Virus record (IMG/VR): IMGVR_UViG_3300044658_000058
Coordinates: 32,001 to 96,000 of that record
DNA length: 64,000 nucleotides
Direction: 5' to 3' (one strand)
Source: a virus
Made by a program: the position numbers and the translations under genes. Below, piece after piece: positions 8,514 to 17,555 of the stretch (positions are counted from its first letter, which is position 1; every line of letters begins with the position of its first letter). The notes under the pieces were generated by a model that saw nothing but the letters and a program-made list of their open reading frames with translations, had not been told where the DNA came from and searched no databases.

Positions 8514-9332
8514 TTATGCAAAATCAGTTGAAGAACTGGCTACTGTCATGTTAACGAGTGTCCAGTTTATGTTGTTACCTGAAGAATCAGAACCCAATGT
8601 TGTAACAGAAGAATTATCTTCAAAACGAAGATAGAAACCCTTTGCGCCAAAAGTTCCTGTATATTCAATCGGCTCACTTAACGTAGCAAAATCAGAGGGC
8701 GTGAGTTGTTGTCCGTCAACAAAAATGAATTCATCCAATAGACCATCATAAAAGCTACCGGAAGATTCATCACGACCTATAACAGTGACAGAATAATTAT
8801 TATTAATAGACGCATTAGCATTTAGAGTATAATCTATGTTTGTACTGAACGATGTAATTTCTGTTCCGTCAACATATATTCTAGTTCTCAAAGATGCTGT
8901 AGATTGTGAAGTGTCAATAGCTACAACCAAATGATGCCAAGAAGAATCTACACCGAAAGAAGCAGTACTTTCTTTCCTCATAATAAACGACCCAGATAAT
9001 CTATCTATGACAAGTAGTTTATCCAGATTATCGAATCCTATAAAGAATCTATTATTCGTATCTGTTCCAGATGTGAATATTCTTTGAAAACTGGCACCAG
9101 ATTCTCTTTTGAAAAACGTGCTAATCGTAAATGTTTTTCTTGAAGTTCCTCCGGCCCCCCAAGATAGGGTCAAACACTGTGAACTTGACGATTCAAAATC
9201 AAGACTTCTTGTGTTAAATGGTTCCAAAAGACCTAAAAAGTCCCCAACGCTTACAAAGCTAAATGTCCCATCACTTTGAAGAATATACAAGTAATCGTTG
9301 TTGGTCGGTGTTATAGAGGGTATGGTTGGAAT
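8514..9332 (-). CDS. LamG/concanavalin A-like domain protein (probably virion-associated)
   Basis: FTISTFFKR, WHHLVVAIDT, RIYVDG, DGQQLTPSDF, GFYLRF..LGSDSSGN; start at TTG 9290 or ATT 9332. Confidence 0.8.
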   Translation of the reverse strand: MPTIPSITPTNNDYLYILQSDGTFSFVSVGDFLGLLEPFNTRSLDFESSSSQCLTLSWGAGGTSRKTFTISTFFKRESGASFQRIFTSGTDTNNRFFIGFDNLDKLLVIDRLSGSFIMRKESTASFGVDSSWHHLVVAIDTSQSTASLRTRIYVDGTEITSFSTNIDYTLNANASINNNYSVTVIGRDESSGSFYDGLLDEFIFVDGQQLTPSDFATLSEPIEYTGTFGAKGFYLRFEDNSSVTTLGSDSSGNNINWTLVNMTVASSSTDFA

Positions 9333-9373
9333 TGTACTAGTTCCTTATGTCGTTTCTACTTCTAGTATATATC

Positions 9374-11086
9374 TCAAAAGGAATCCATTGAAGAAAAATT
9401 ACCTTTTTTCACCACTTTCATAACCCGGTCAAAGTTATCCACCATGTTCTCACGATGAGAGATGACGATGATGTTGGTATCTTCACCCATAGAGCGCAGG
9501 ATTTCGAACACATATTTGATACCATCTTCGTCCAGAGAGGAGTCACCAACTTCGTCAAGGATCAATAGATTAGTGGCCATGGAATTCTTCTTTTTTGCAA
9601 TTTGCCGCCAAGCAAAAAGAATAGCCAAATCAATGCGCTGCTTTTCACCTTCCGAAAAATTTTCATAAGAGAAATCATCCCGGTAACGAGATTTGATCGA
9701 CTCTTGAAAATTTTCGTCCAGATTGAAGCTCACATAGAAATCCATAGCAGACAGATATTCGTTAATAAGCTCATTCATATAAGGAATGTAGCGCTGTACG
9801 ATAGCCGTCTTTAGGCCGGTGTCTTTCAGCATGAGCGCCGCCACGTTTTCGACTTCACGTTCATTCATCAACTTCTGTTTCGTTGCGAAATATTCTGTGA
9901 CTAGCTTACGAGCCTTTTTCAGATTGGCCTTGGTGGCTTCCTCTTGCGTGGCATCTAGGTCATCCACCAAATCAGTTTCCAGTTTGGCGATGAACTTGTT
10001 GTTGATGTGGACGGAGGATTGAAGCTCGGATATCCTACGATTGGTTCGGTCAAGAGCGTCGATAACCGCAGCCTTCTTTTCCAACGTTTCGGCAATCTGG
10101 GTTAGCTTCGCCTTTTCGGTGGCGATGCTTTCTAACAATGGCTCAAACGCCGTGGTGTGATTGTGAATTTCTTCGGCCTTGAAAGTTCCGTCGATGCTCT
10201 GTCTACATGTCGGACAATGGTCGTTTTTCTCATAGAAAGCGACACGGGTTTTGTGTTCCCGCACCTTTTGTTCCATGGTCTGGGTGAACGACTCTATCGT
10301 CTTCTGCTTTTCGACAAGCTTGGCAAACTTTGCCTTTTTGTCGTCAAGAGTGTCCTTTTCCGTCAGAAGCTCCGTTATTTGCTTCTGTGTCATTTCGTTC
10401 TCACCAAGCAGACGGTCAATTTCAGAACGGGCACGGTCCTTTCGATCCTGTTTCTGTTTATTGATAGATTCAAGAAAGTCTTCATTCATTTTGACTTTCT
10501 CTTGTTCGATCTTCAAGAATCCTTCTATCTCTTTAAGGTGTTCCCGGTTTTCTTCTTGCTGTTCTTTTAGCAAAGCATTCATTCGAGAAAATACAGAGAT
10601 ATCAAGCAAATCTTCGATGATTTCACGACGCTGTTGCGCCGTCAAACGCATGAAAGGAACGTAATTGTTCGATCCGAGAACGACAATCTGCTTGAAAGAA
10701 TTGAAGTTCAAGTTCAGAACATTCTCTTCGATATATTTCTGATAATCCTTAGACGAAGCCGACTGGTTAATCAATGTTCCGTCCATATAGATTTCGAACA
10801 CGGCAGGCTTAATGCCACGTCGGATCATGTAGGTTTTGCCCTTCGTCTCGAATTCGATTTCTACCAGAAGATTCTTGCCATTGATGGAGTTCACCAATTG
10901 CGGCTTATTGATCTTGCGGAAATCCTTGCCGAACAACGCAAAAGTCAGCGCTGAAATCATGGTTGATTTGCCAGCGCCGTTTTGTCCGATGATCAATGTT
11001 CTTGGGTGTGAACTTAAGTCTATTTCGACGGGATCATTGCCGGTAGCGAGAAAATTTTTGTATAATAGACGTTTAAAAATTACCAA
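9374..11086 (-). CDS. gp46: Recombination exonuclease ATPase subunit (Rad50/SbcC-like)
   Basis: GQNGAGKST, CPTC zinc hook, FSEGEKQRIDLA, LILDEV. Confidence 0.95.
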   Translation of the reverse strand: MVIFKRLLYKNFLATGNDPVEIDLSSHPRTLIIGQNGAGKSTMISALTFALFGKDFRKINKPQLVNSINGKNLLVEIEFETKGKTYMIRRGIKPAVFEIYMDGTLINQSASSKDYQKYIEENVLNLNFNSFKQIVVLGSNNYVPFMRLTAQQRREIIEDLLDISVFSRMNALLKEQQEENREHLKEIEGFLKIEQEKVKMNEDFLESINKQKQDRKDRARSEIDRLLGENEMTQKQITELLTEKDTLDDKKAKFAKLVEKQKTIESFTQTMEQKVREHKTRVAFYEKNDHCPTCRQSIDGTFKAEEIHNHTTAFEPLLESIATEKAKLTQIAETLEKKAAVIDALDRTNRRISELQSSVHINNKFIAKLETDLVDDLDATQEEATKANLKKARKLVTEYFATKQKLMNEREVENVAALMLKDTGLKTAIVQRYIPYMNELINEYLSAMDFYVSFNLDENFQESIKSRYRDDFSYENFSEGEKQRIDLAILFAWRQIAKKKNSMATNLLILDEVGDSSLDEDGIKYVFEILRSMGEDTNIIVISHRENMVDNFDRVMKVVKKGNFSSMDSF

Positions 11087-11831
11087 TAGTATGCTTCTCT
11101 ATTCTATCAATTGCAGCATTGTAATAGGTTTCATCACGTTCAATACAAATCCATCGTCTTTTAGTATTAATTGCTGCAATAGCTGTTGTACCGGAGCCAG
11201 CCGTGTTGTCCAAAACAATAGCATTTTCATTTGTATAAGTTTTGATAAAATATTCAAACAATGAAACCGGTTTTTGTGTTGGATGAATAATATTTTTAGT
11301 GGTCTGTGATGGAAAATCTATTATTCTTTTTGGGTTCAAACCATCGACTTTTCTACCGACATCTGGCTTTATACTAGATTTTCCAACTGTATCTGTATTT
11401 CTGTCTCCGTTGGTATGTCTTGTAACATATGAACCGGGCCTCAATTGTTTGTTATACACACATTGTTTTCTATAAAACACAGCAACATCTTCATAATCCA
11501 ACATGGGCATTCTGTTGGCATTTAGAGAACCTGTGAATTTATTGACTTTATTCCACACCCAACAATATTTGAAATCTTTTACGTTAGACATAATTAATGC
11601 AGAGGTAAACGGTTGGCTTGCCGTCAAAACAATTGGAGCTGCCTCCTTAGAAATTCTGTAGTATTCTTTCCACAATTCATCAAAAGGTATAATTGCGTCC
11701 CATTTACATTGCGTGGTTCCATAAGGAAGATCACAAAGCACCATATCTATACTATTATCAGGCAGTTTTGCCATTGCATCAAATGTGTCTGCCTGATAGA
11801 AAATTCCATTATCAAATTTTTTGTAAATCAA
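11073..11831 (-). CDS. DNA amino-methyltransferase (N6A/N4C, beta class)
   Basis: CDLPYG catalytic motif, HPTQKP, VLDNTAGSGTT SAM motif. Confidence 0.9.
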   Translation of the reverse strand: MIYKKFDNGIFYQADTFDAMAKLPDNSIDMVLCDLPYGTTQCKWDAIIPFDELWKEYYRISKEAAPIVLTASQPFTSALIMSNVKDFKYCWVWNKVNKFTGSLNANRMPMLDYEDVAVFYRKQCVYNKQLRPGSYVTRHTNGDRNTDTVGKSSIKPDVGRKVDGLNPKRIIDFPSQTTKNIIHPTQKPVSLFEYFIKTYTNENAIVLDNTAGSGTTAIAAINTKRRWICIERDETYYNAAIDRIEKHTIGNF

Positions 11832-12109
11832 GAGTTTTCTTCAATCCATGTCAGAAAATACTTCACCAATTCATTGTACAGTCCAGCGTATTCATCACGA
11901 AATGGGATTTCCGGATACACTCTTCTGACAAGAGTTATAACAACCCACGACGGATGGTCCATCAAAAGTTCATAGACATGTATTCGAGCATTTTCATCAT
12001 CTACAAGCGTCTGGAAAAGAGCATGTTCCGTCCACATTCTTGGATTGGAATGAAAATGGGTGTCAGCATGTATCTTGTCGAGTACAGCCTTGTATTCTTC
12101 AAATGTCAT
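11828..12109 (-). CDS. Hypothetical protein
   Basis: 93-aa ORF translationally coupled to its neighbours. Confidence 0.65.
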   Translation of the reverse strand: MTFEEYKAVLDKIHADTHFHSNPRMWTEHALFQTLVDDENARIHVYELLMDHPSWVVITLVRRVYPEIPFRDEYAGLYNELVKYFLTWIEENS

Positions 12110-13164
12110 AATTCTAACTCATTGGCTTTTTGATACAGATTCGTGAACAGACCCAAAAGCTTATCCTTTCGGACTGTCAACTTTTGGTCTGAATTCTGAA
12201 TGTATCTGGTAATGAATGTAAGGGTATCTTCTATTTCGAAATTGCCGTCTTCCTGACTGCTTTCAGTCCGGAATGCGGGTTCCTCCACCACGATAACGTT
12301 AGCGGCATTGGTCTTGTTCAGACGGTCCAGATACTTTTCGAAATTGACTGGATTGGTCTTGTTTTTGACCACTACTTTGATATAGGAATTGTCGATAACG
12401 GATGTATCGAGTTCCTGTTCGCCAGCCGAGTCATCATAGCTTAGCTTTTTGAACAGCTTATACGGATTTTCGATAAAGTCAATGGTCAAAGTTTCGGTAT
12501 CGAGAACATGGAAGCCCTTGGCCACGTCGTGATCTGCCCACGTCATTTCGTATGGTGTTCCAAGGTACATGATGCCGTTGGAATATGATTTGAAATGGAA
12601 ATGGCCAGAGAACACAGACAGGTAGGCATCGAAGATCGACCTGTTCAAGCCATGCTCCGCCGGACGACCACGCAACATTTCGTAGCCTTGAATTTCCAGA
12701 TGGCCCATGATCACTTTAGCTTTCGCTTCTGCGATCATTTCCATGGTGAGTGCCTGATTCTCTGGTGTAATCCATGGAACCATCAAAATTTTTAGGTCAC
12801 CGAACGTCTCATAGGTCGGTTCGGAATAGATCGTGAAATTGTAATCCTTCAAAAGCAACATTGGCGAGTTGACAGCCAACGTGTTCCGAAAAAATGAAGA
12901 GTGGTTCCCAAGGATGATGCGAAGATCGATATTCCGCTCTGCGATCTTGTCGAAATACATCTCACGGGTCATTTGGAGGGTCTGAAAGTTCACGTATTTC
13001 CGGCGATCAAACGTGTCGCCAAGATCAATCACGGTTTTGATGCCGTGATTGTCCAGATACGGGAAAAAGATATCGTCATAGAACTTTTTGTGATAATTCA
13101 GAAGCACCAAGGAGTCGTTTCGGACTCCAAAATGCTGGTCTGTAATTAAAGCCAGCTTGGTCAA
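12106..13164 (-). CDS. gp47: Recombination endonuclease subunit (Mre11/SbcD-like)
   Basis: TDQHFG, LGDTFD, GNH, GHLE, SGHFH phosphoesterase motifs. Confidence 0.95.
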   Translation of the reverse strand: MTKLALITDQHFGVRNDSLVLLNYHKKFYDDIFFPYLDNHGIKTVIDLGDTFDRRKYVNFQTLQMTREMYFDKIAERNIDLRIILGNHSSFFRNTLAVNSPMLLLKDYNFTIYSEPTYETFGDLKILMVPWITPENQALTMEMIAEAKAKVIMGHLEIQGYEMLRGRPAEHGLNRSIFDAYLSVFSGHFHFKSYSNGIMYLGTPYEMTWADHDVAKGFHVLDTETLTIDFIENPYKLFKKLSYDDSAGEQELDTSVIDNSYIKVVVKNKTNPVNFEKYLDRLNKTNAANVIVVEEPAFRTESSQEDGNFEIEDTLTFITRYIQNSDQKLTVRKDKLLGLFTNLYQKANELEL

Positions 13165-13743
13165 TTAGTCGTCCAAATCCAATTTCGTCTGGTCACTCTT
13201 CTTTGTGACCTTCTTTTTCTTCTTCTCTACAGACGCCTCAAACTTTTCAACGAACAAGTTCATGTTCTCACGGGCACCATCAGAGTACTTCACCATGCTG
13301 TTATTGCCACCATCCGTTCCGGATTGCGTTTCCGAAGTTCCAAGGAAAATTTCAGTGTTTTCAATCGATTTGAATTTGGTGTACAAATACTTCTTTTCCT
13401 TCTCAATGCGACGAAGGAAAGCATACCAAGAAATCTGGGTGAAGTATGAGAACGGGGATGTAGACTTTTCGGGATCGAAGTTGTCGATATATTGGATGCA
13501 GTTAATGATGGCATCCGAGACAAGTTCGTCACGGAAAGGATATTTCTGAAACTGATGTAGGTGAGAAAGCTTTTCAGCAATATCCCACAAGCACTTTCCA
13601 ATGTAGTCATTGACCGCTGGCTTAGGCTTGCCTTGTTCTTTGGCAATCTTGACCGCAGTCGCATATTTCGTCATTTCAGTATAGAATTTTTTGTTATCTA
13701 CATAATGTTCAGCGTCTTTGTTGTTATTCTTCTTTGCTTTCAA
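13165..13743 (-). CDS. gp55: Late-transcription sigma factor
   Basis: HYVDNKKF, YIDNFDPEKS.SPFSYFTQI..YAFLRRIEKEKK. Confidence 0.93.
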   Translation of the reverse strand: MKAKKNNNKDAEHYVDNKKFYTEMTKYATAVKIAKEQGKPKPAVNDYIGKCLWDIAEKLSHLHQFQKYPFRDELVSDAIINCIQYIDNFDPEKSTSPFSYFTQISWYAFLRRIEKEKKYLYTKFKSIENTEIFLGTSETQSGTDGGNNSMVKYSDGARENMNLFVEKFEASVEKKKKKVTKKSDQTKLDLDD

Positions 13744-14075
13744 TGTAAATTTTTACTCTTTTCTTTTTGCTGGTCCTTCAATTGTTCATGATAATCCGCA
13801 AGACGGTCATAGGCATCAGCGGCTTTGCTATGGTATAGTTGCCCGAGAATGACGTTCGGGATAACGTTAAATAGAATATCGGCTTTGCAAATCACTATAG
13901 ATTGGTCAATGCCGTATGGAATAGCCGGTTGGATAGACATTCCCATTTGTTCACCGGTATCAACAATTATTACATCCATGACGGAAGTCAGAAGCATATA
14001 AGTATCATCTTCCGATTCTTTCATGCCTATAATAGTTTCGCCGCTTTTCAGACGGATGTATAGGACTCGTCTTAT
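13740..14075 (-). CDS. Conserved T4-like hypothetical protein (LKSGETII motif)
   Basis: Frame extends upstream of ATG 14024 through RRVLYIRLKSGETIIG; probable ATA start overlapping the uvsW stop. Confidence 0.6.
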   Translation of the reverse strand: MRRVLYIRLKSGETIIGMKESEDDTYMLLTSVMDVIIVDTGEQMGMSIQPAIPYGIDQSIVICKADILFNVIPNVILGQLYHSKAADAYDRLADYHEQLKDQQKEKSKNLH

Positions 14076-15565
14076 ATTTTTGTCGGAAGCTTGGCTTTGT
14101 AGATTTTGTATTTTAGACCTTCCTTGGCATAAATTTTCAGCCGTTTCTCAAGGTGTGTATATGTATGATTTTTTCTATCTTGGTGACGAAAATCGTCTGC
14201 CAAATCAAACAGGGTCACATGGTCCTTTTCCTTGCCACGGCGGAGGCCACGGCCAATGGATTGGAGATTACGAACTTTTGATTTGCTTGGGAAAGCGAAT
14301 ATCATATAATCGAGATTAACAATGTTAATACCACGACTATATGTTCCATATGAAGCGACGATAATGTTGTTTCGTCCGGCTTCTGTATCCTCTCTGATTA
14401 CTTCACGGTCGGCAACCGACACATCTCCGTAAACAAAATGAACTTTCTTGTTTTTGTCGTTTCTTTCCAGTATTTTATCATACAATATTTTACCATGTTT
14501 GTCAACATAATTGTAAAATACAAGAACATTACCGGGCAAAGATTGCGCCAAGTTTGCAATGAAATTATTGCGTTCTTCGTTCCCTATAAGGAAAGCTACT
14601 TCTGTTTTGTACTCTTTGTTTGCCTTCTTTGCGAAGTGCTGGCGCACTTCATCTTCATAGCTGAACACAATCACTTTTAGGGTAAGCTCGGAAGAGAACT
14701 GACGGTCGATCATCTCACGTGTTCGGATGAACTGCTTGATCGGCCCAAACAGACCGGTCAAAACCAATTCGTGAAGATCGACCTCATCGATAGTGCCAGT
14801 GAAACCTAGACGGATATGGGCGTCCGTGAGAACATCCATGATTTTCCGGATCGAAGCGCCCTTAGCTTCATGGGCTTCGTCCACCAACACCGCCTCATAG
14901 CCTTGAAACCAACGCTTGGTTTGGTTTATGGCCGACTGCCACGTGGTGATGACGATTCCATTCAGATTGGTTTTCTCGAAACCTTCATAAACACGGGAGC
15001 ATTCAGCTTCGACATTCCAGCTTGAATCTAGGCTTGAATAGAATGCAAAATCCTTGTACATTTGTTCCACCAGCGCTTTCGATGGAACAATCAGCATTAT
15101 TTTACATTTGAAATAACGAATGAGCGAATAGATCGCCAACGATTTGCCCGAATTGACGGCAGAGAGTGCCAGCATCCGTTTTTCACGGATGGCATGTGCA
15201 ATAGTCGCAAGCTGGTAGTCTCGGGCTTCGATTCCTTCCGGCAAATTCAGAGTTTTTAGAAAATCTTCCGCTTCCTTGATCGAAAACGAAGCCTGTGAGT
15301 CGTCAAAATGGACGTTGCACTGATAGCCACGTTCTTCACAGAACACCTTGACGTGGTTTAGCAGACCGTAATAAAGCGTTTTGTCTTGGAATTTGTATAG
15401 ACGAATTTTTCCATCCCAAATTTTAGCTTTATATTTTGGACTGTGCACCGCATTGGGTGCCATGAAAGTGAAAAATTCCCAAAGTTCTTTTTCTACCCCC
15501 GCCGTACTTCTAATTCTAAGATACGTGTTGTTGTGGTGGTAGACATCTACTATCGTGGTGATAAT
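14072..15565 (-). CDS. uvsW: UvsW SF2 helicase
   Basis: WDGKIRL, SGKS, DEAH, GFTGT, QSIGRGLR; the T4-like N-terminus lies upstream of ATG 15463. Confidence 0.93.
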   Translation of the reverse strand: MITTIVDVYHHNNTYLRIRSTAGVEKELWEFFTFMAPNAVHSPKYKAKIWDGKIRLYKFQDKTLYYGLLNHVKVFCEERGYQCNVHFDDSQASFSIKEAEDFLKTLNLPEGIEARDYQLATIAHAIREKRMLALSAVNSGKSLAIYSLIRYFKCKIMLIVPSKALVEQMYKDFAFYSSLDSSWNVEAECSRVYEGFEKTNLNGIVITTWQSAINQTKRWFQGYEAVLVDEAHEAKGASIRKIMDVLTDAHIRLGFTGTIDEVDLHELVLTGLFGPIKQFIRTREMIDRQFSSELTLKVIVFSYEDEVRQHFAKKANKEYKTEVAFLIGNEERNNFIANLAQSLPGNVLVFYNYVDKHGKILYDKILERNDKNKKVHFVYGDVSVADREVIREDTEAGRNNIIVASYGTYSRGINIVNLDYMIFAFPSKSKVRNLQSIGRGLRRGKEKDHVTLFDLADDFRHQDRKNHTYTHLEKRLKIYAKEGLKYKIYKAKLPTKI

Positions 15566-16008
15566 TACATTCCCGAATAATATTTTTTGATTTCAATCCA
15601 ATTTTTGATATCGTTACCACGGCAGTATCTTAAATATTCAACGATTTCTTTGCAGTAGAGCATGAATTCTTCTGCATTTTCAACTTGGTTCATGAGCGAT
15701 GTGTACATAGGATCGGCCTTTGCCATCTTTTCGGCTTGATCCTTGGTTTTTGCGATGTATGGGCTCTTCGCTGTTCTTTTCAACTCTTCAAGATAGATGC
15801 CTTGAAGGTAATATCCTTCCAACCAAAATTGGACAGTTTCTTTTTTGCGAAGAAGCGCTTTATATGTAAGCCGGTATGTGGATAGAATTTTTCCATATTT
15901 CTCATGAAGCATATTGCCTTTAGCGGCATCCTCTGTCATGAGATTGGGATCATTGTAATGAATAGTACTGTCTTTAGCGTATTCGTCTCTAAGTTCTTCT
16001 AGTGTCAA
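15565..16008 (-). CDS. uvsY: UvsY recombination mediator
   Basis: MTLEELR...D...LHEKY...R..DIKNWIE pattern; upstream of uvsW. Confidence 0.8.
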   Translation of the reverse strand: MTLEELRDEYAKDSTIHYNDPNLMTEDAAKGNMLHEKYGKILSTYRLTYKALLRKKETVQFWLEGYYLQGIYLEELKRTAKSPYIAKTKDQAEKMAKADPMYTSLMNQVENAEEFMLYCKEIVEYLRYCRGNDIKNWIEIKKYYSGM

Positions 16009-16033
16009 ATGCGATTCCTAAGTTTATCTTCAA

Positions 16034-16062
16034 ATATACATGAAAAAGTACTGTAAGTCAAT
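16034..16062 (-). promoter_or_regulatory. Sigma70-type promoter for uvsY
   Basis: TTGACT-17 nt-TATATT on the minus strand. Confidence 0.6.
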
Positions 16063-16275
16063 TTGTGTCAAGTCTTTTCTCGAAAAAAGATTCATTGTAG
16101 AATCAAACACTTAGTTATATTTCGAGTATATTGTAACAATTCGTGATTTGACTCTTTATTTCAGGCATATTATGGTCTGTCTTTATAACCATAGAGTCTA
16201 ATAAAAGAATCATTAGATACAGCTTCGCTGTTCGAGCTTTGCTCGAATGTCTAGTAAATCTCTAATATGATTCAG

Positions 16276-16800
16276 TTACACAAATTCATACCAGTCGTAC
16301 TTGAATCCGACTGTCGCTGATACGACTCCTTTTTCGGTAGTGTCCATATCAATGCCTGTAAGGCTAATTGGCATCATGTTACGGAAAGTGATATTGATGT
16401 TTGGATTCGAAGAGTTCGTTAGCGAGAACAAAGTACCATCAGATGTCACATTGTAACGTTCTGTTACATTCAGACGCTTTGCTTCAAACTCTTTGAACTG
16501 GTCTGTTGTCTGTGGAGCGGTGATACCAACCATCCAATTGAATATTTCTTTGTAGTTGGTCAAATCTTCCGATACACGGAATGATAGAATCAAATCTTCA
16601 TAATACAATTTGGTGGCACCAACGTTGAAATAGTTAAGAGGATTGTGGAGAACTTTCGGTTCGAAAGAAATGCCGGGTAGATTCGCACGGAAACAGAAAA
16701 ATTCTACATTCTTGGCTTCATGAAGCACGAATTTGAATTTGTCTGCATAAAGTGGATTGACGTTTATGGGTACAATCGGTGGACGTTCGATATCGGCCAT
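16276..16800 (-). CDS. gp3: Tail completion / tube terminator (gp3-like)
   Basis: NPL...FKF...VEFFC..ANLPGIS...YEDL...F.VSEDLTNY.EI.NW; TATAAATA late promoter at 16845-16852. Confidence 0.75.
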   Translation of the reverse strand: MADIERPPIVPINVNPLYADKFKFVLHEAKNVEFFCFRANLPGISFEPKVLHNPLNYFNVGATKLYYEDLILSFRVSEDLTNYKEIFNWMVGITAPQTTDQFKEFEAKRLNVTERYNVTSDGTLFSLTNSSNPNINITFRNMMPISLTGIDMDTTEKGVVSATVGFKYDWYEFV

Positions 16801-16863
16801 TTTTCTTATTGACATTCCCGAAAAAATTGATATGAGTATGTCCGTATTTATAAGGAATAACCG

Positions 16864-17034
16864 ATGAAGCCCAAGGATCACGTCAAGGTACTCACTTCCA
16901 TCGCCATGCCCGATACGGTTGGCGTCGTGAGAGAGATAACCAATCAGGGACGTGTGGTTGTGGAGTTTTCAAACAACCGGGTTGGCTTCTACACCTTGGG
17001 TTCCGACGAATTCGAAATCGTAAAGGAAGCCTAA
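16864..17034 (+). CDS. Small hypothetical protein (56 aa)
   Basis: MKPKDHVKVLTSIAMPDTVGVVREITNQGRVVVEF...; AAGGA RBS; TTGACA at 16809. Confidence 0.6.
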   Translation: MKPKDHVKVLTSIAMPDTVGVVREITNQGRVVVEFSNNRVGFYTLGSDEFEIVKEA

Positions 17035-17041
17035 ATATTAG

Positions 17042-17119
17042 GCCCATGTAGGCCAATCGGTTAGAGTCGGCGGACTTAAAATCCGTACAGTGTGGGTTCG
17101 AATCCCACCATGGGCACCA
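17042..17119 (+). tRNA. tRNA-Leu(UAA) with short variable loop
   Basis: GCCCATG/CATGGGC acceptor, GCGGA-CTTAAAA-TCCGT anticodon arm, TTCGAAT loop, encoded CCA. Confidence 0.92.
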
Positions 17120-17134
17120 ACAACGGAGAATATA

Positions 17135-17356
17135 ATGAAATTGCGAATTCATATCGGCTGTAAACATTCCGATATGTCGTGGATTCAAATCGAAGATGAA
17201 CAGAACGACGTTCTTTTAGACCACGATGGTTACGGAACAGGTCTTGGTTCTCTGTCATCAGGCGATTATATGGAATTCGAGATTGACAATGATACAGGAA
17301 CCATCTTAGGATGGAAGCCTATCACTCTTGAAGAAATCAAAAACTTCAAAAAATAA
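17135..17356 (+). CDS. Hypothetical protein
   Basis: GGAG RBS; MKLRIHIGCKHSD...GDYMEFEIDNDTGTILGWK. Confidence 0.7.
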   Translation: MKLRIHIGCKHSDMSWIQIEDEQNDVLLDHDGYGTGLGSLSSGDYMEFEIDNDTGTILGWKPITLEEIKNFKK

Positions 17357-17362
17357 CATTTT

Positions 17363-17440
17363 CGCCCGTTAGCTTAGTTGGTCTAAAGCCCTCTGCTCAT
17401 AACAGAGTGATCGTCGGTTCGAATCCGACACGGGCAACCA
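17363..17440 (+). tRNA. tRNA with CAU anticodon (Met or Ile2) and C1xA72 mismatch
   Basis: CGCCCGT/ACGGGCA, CTCTG-CTCATAA-CAGAG, TTCGAAT, ACCA. Confidence 0.92.
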
Positions 17441-17443
17441 AAT

Positions 17444-17539
17444 TCCTCCGTTACGGACTCGTGCCGTCGCTTGGAGCCCCCTATATTTTTACCGGTCGGA
17501 TAGGGCACCGTTCAATTCGGGAAACGGAGGAGTCGACCA
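17444..17539 (+). ncRNA. Aberrant tRNA-like structured element
   Basis: TCCTCCGTT/AACGGAGGA stem, CCCTAT/ATAGGG, CCG-TTCAATT-CGG, ends in ACCA. Confidence 0.4.
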
Positions 17540-17555
17540 TTTTCAAAAGGAAAAC

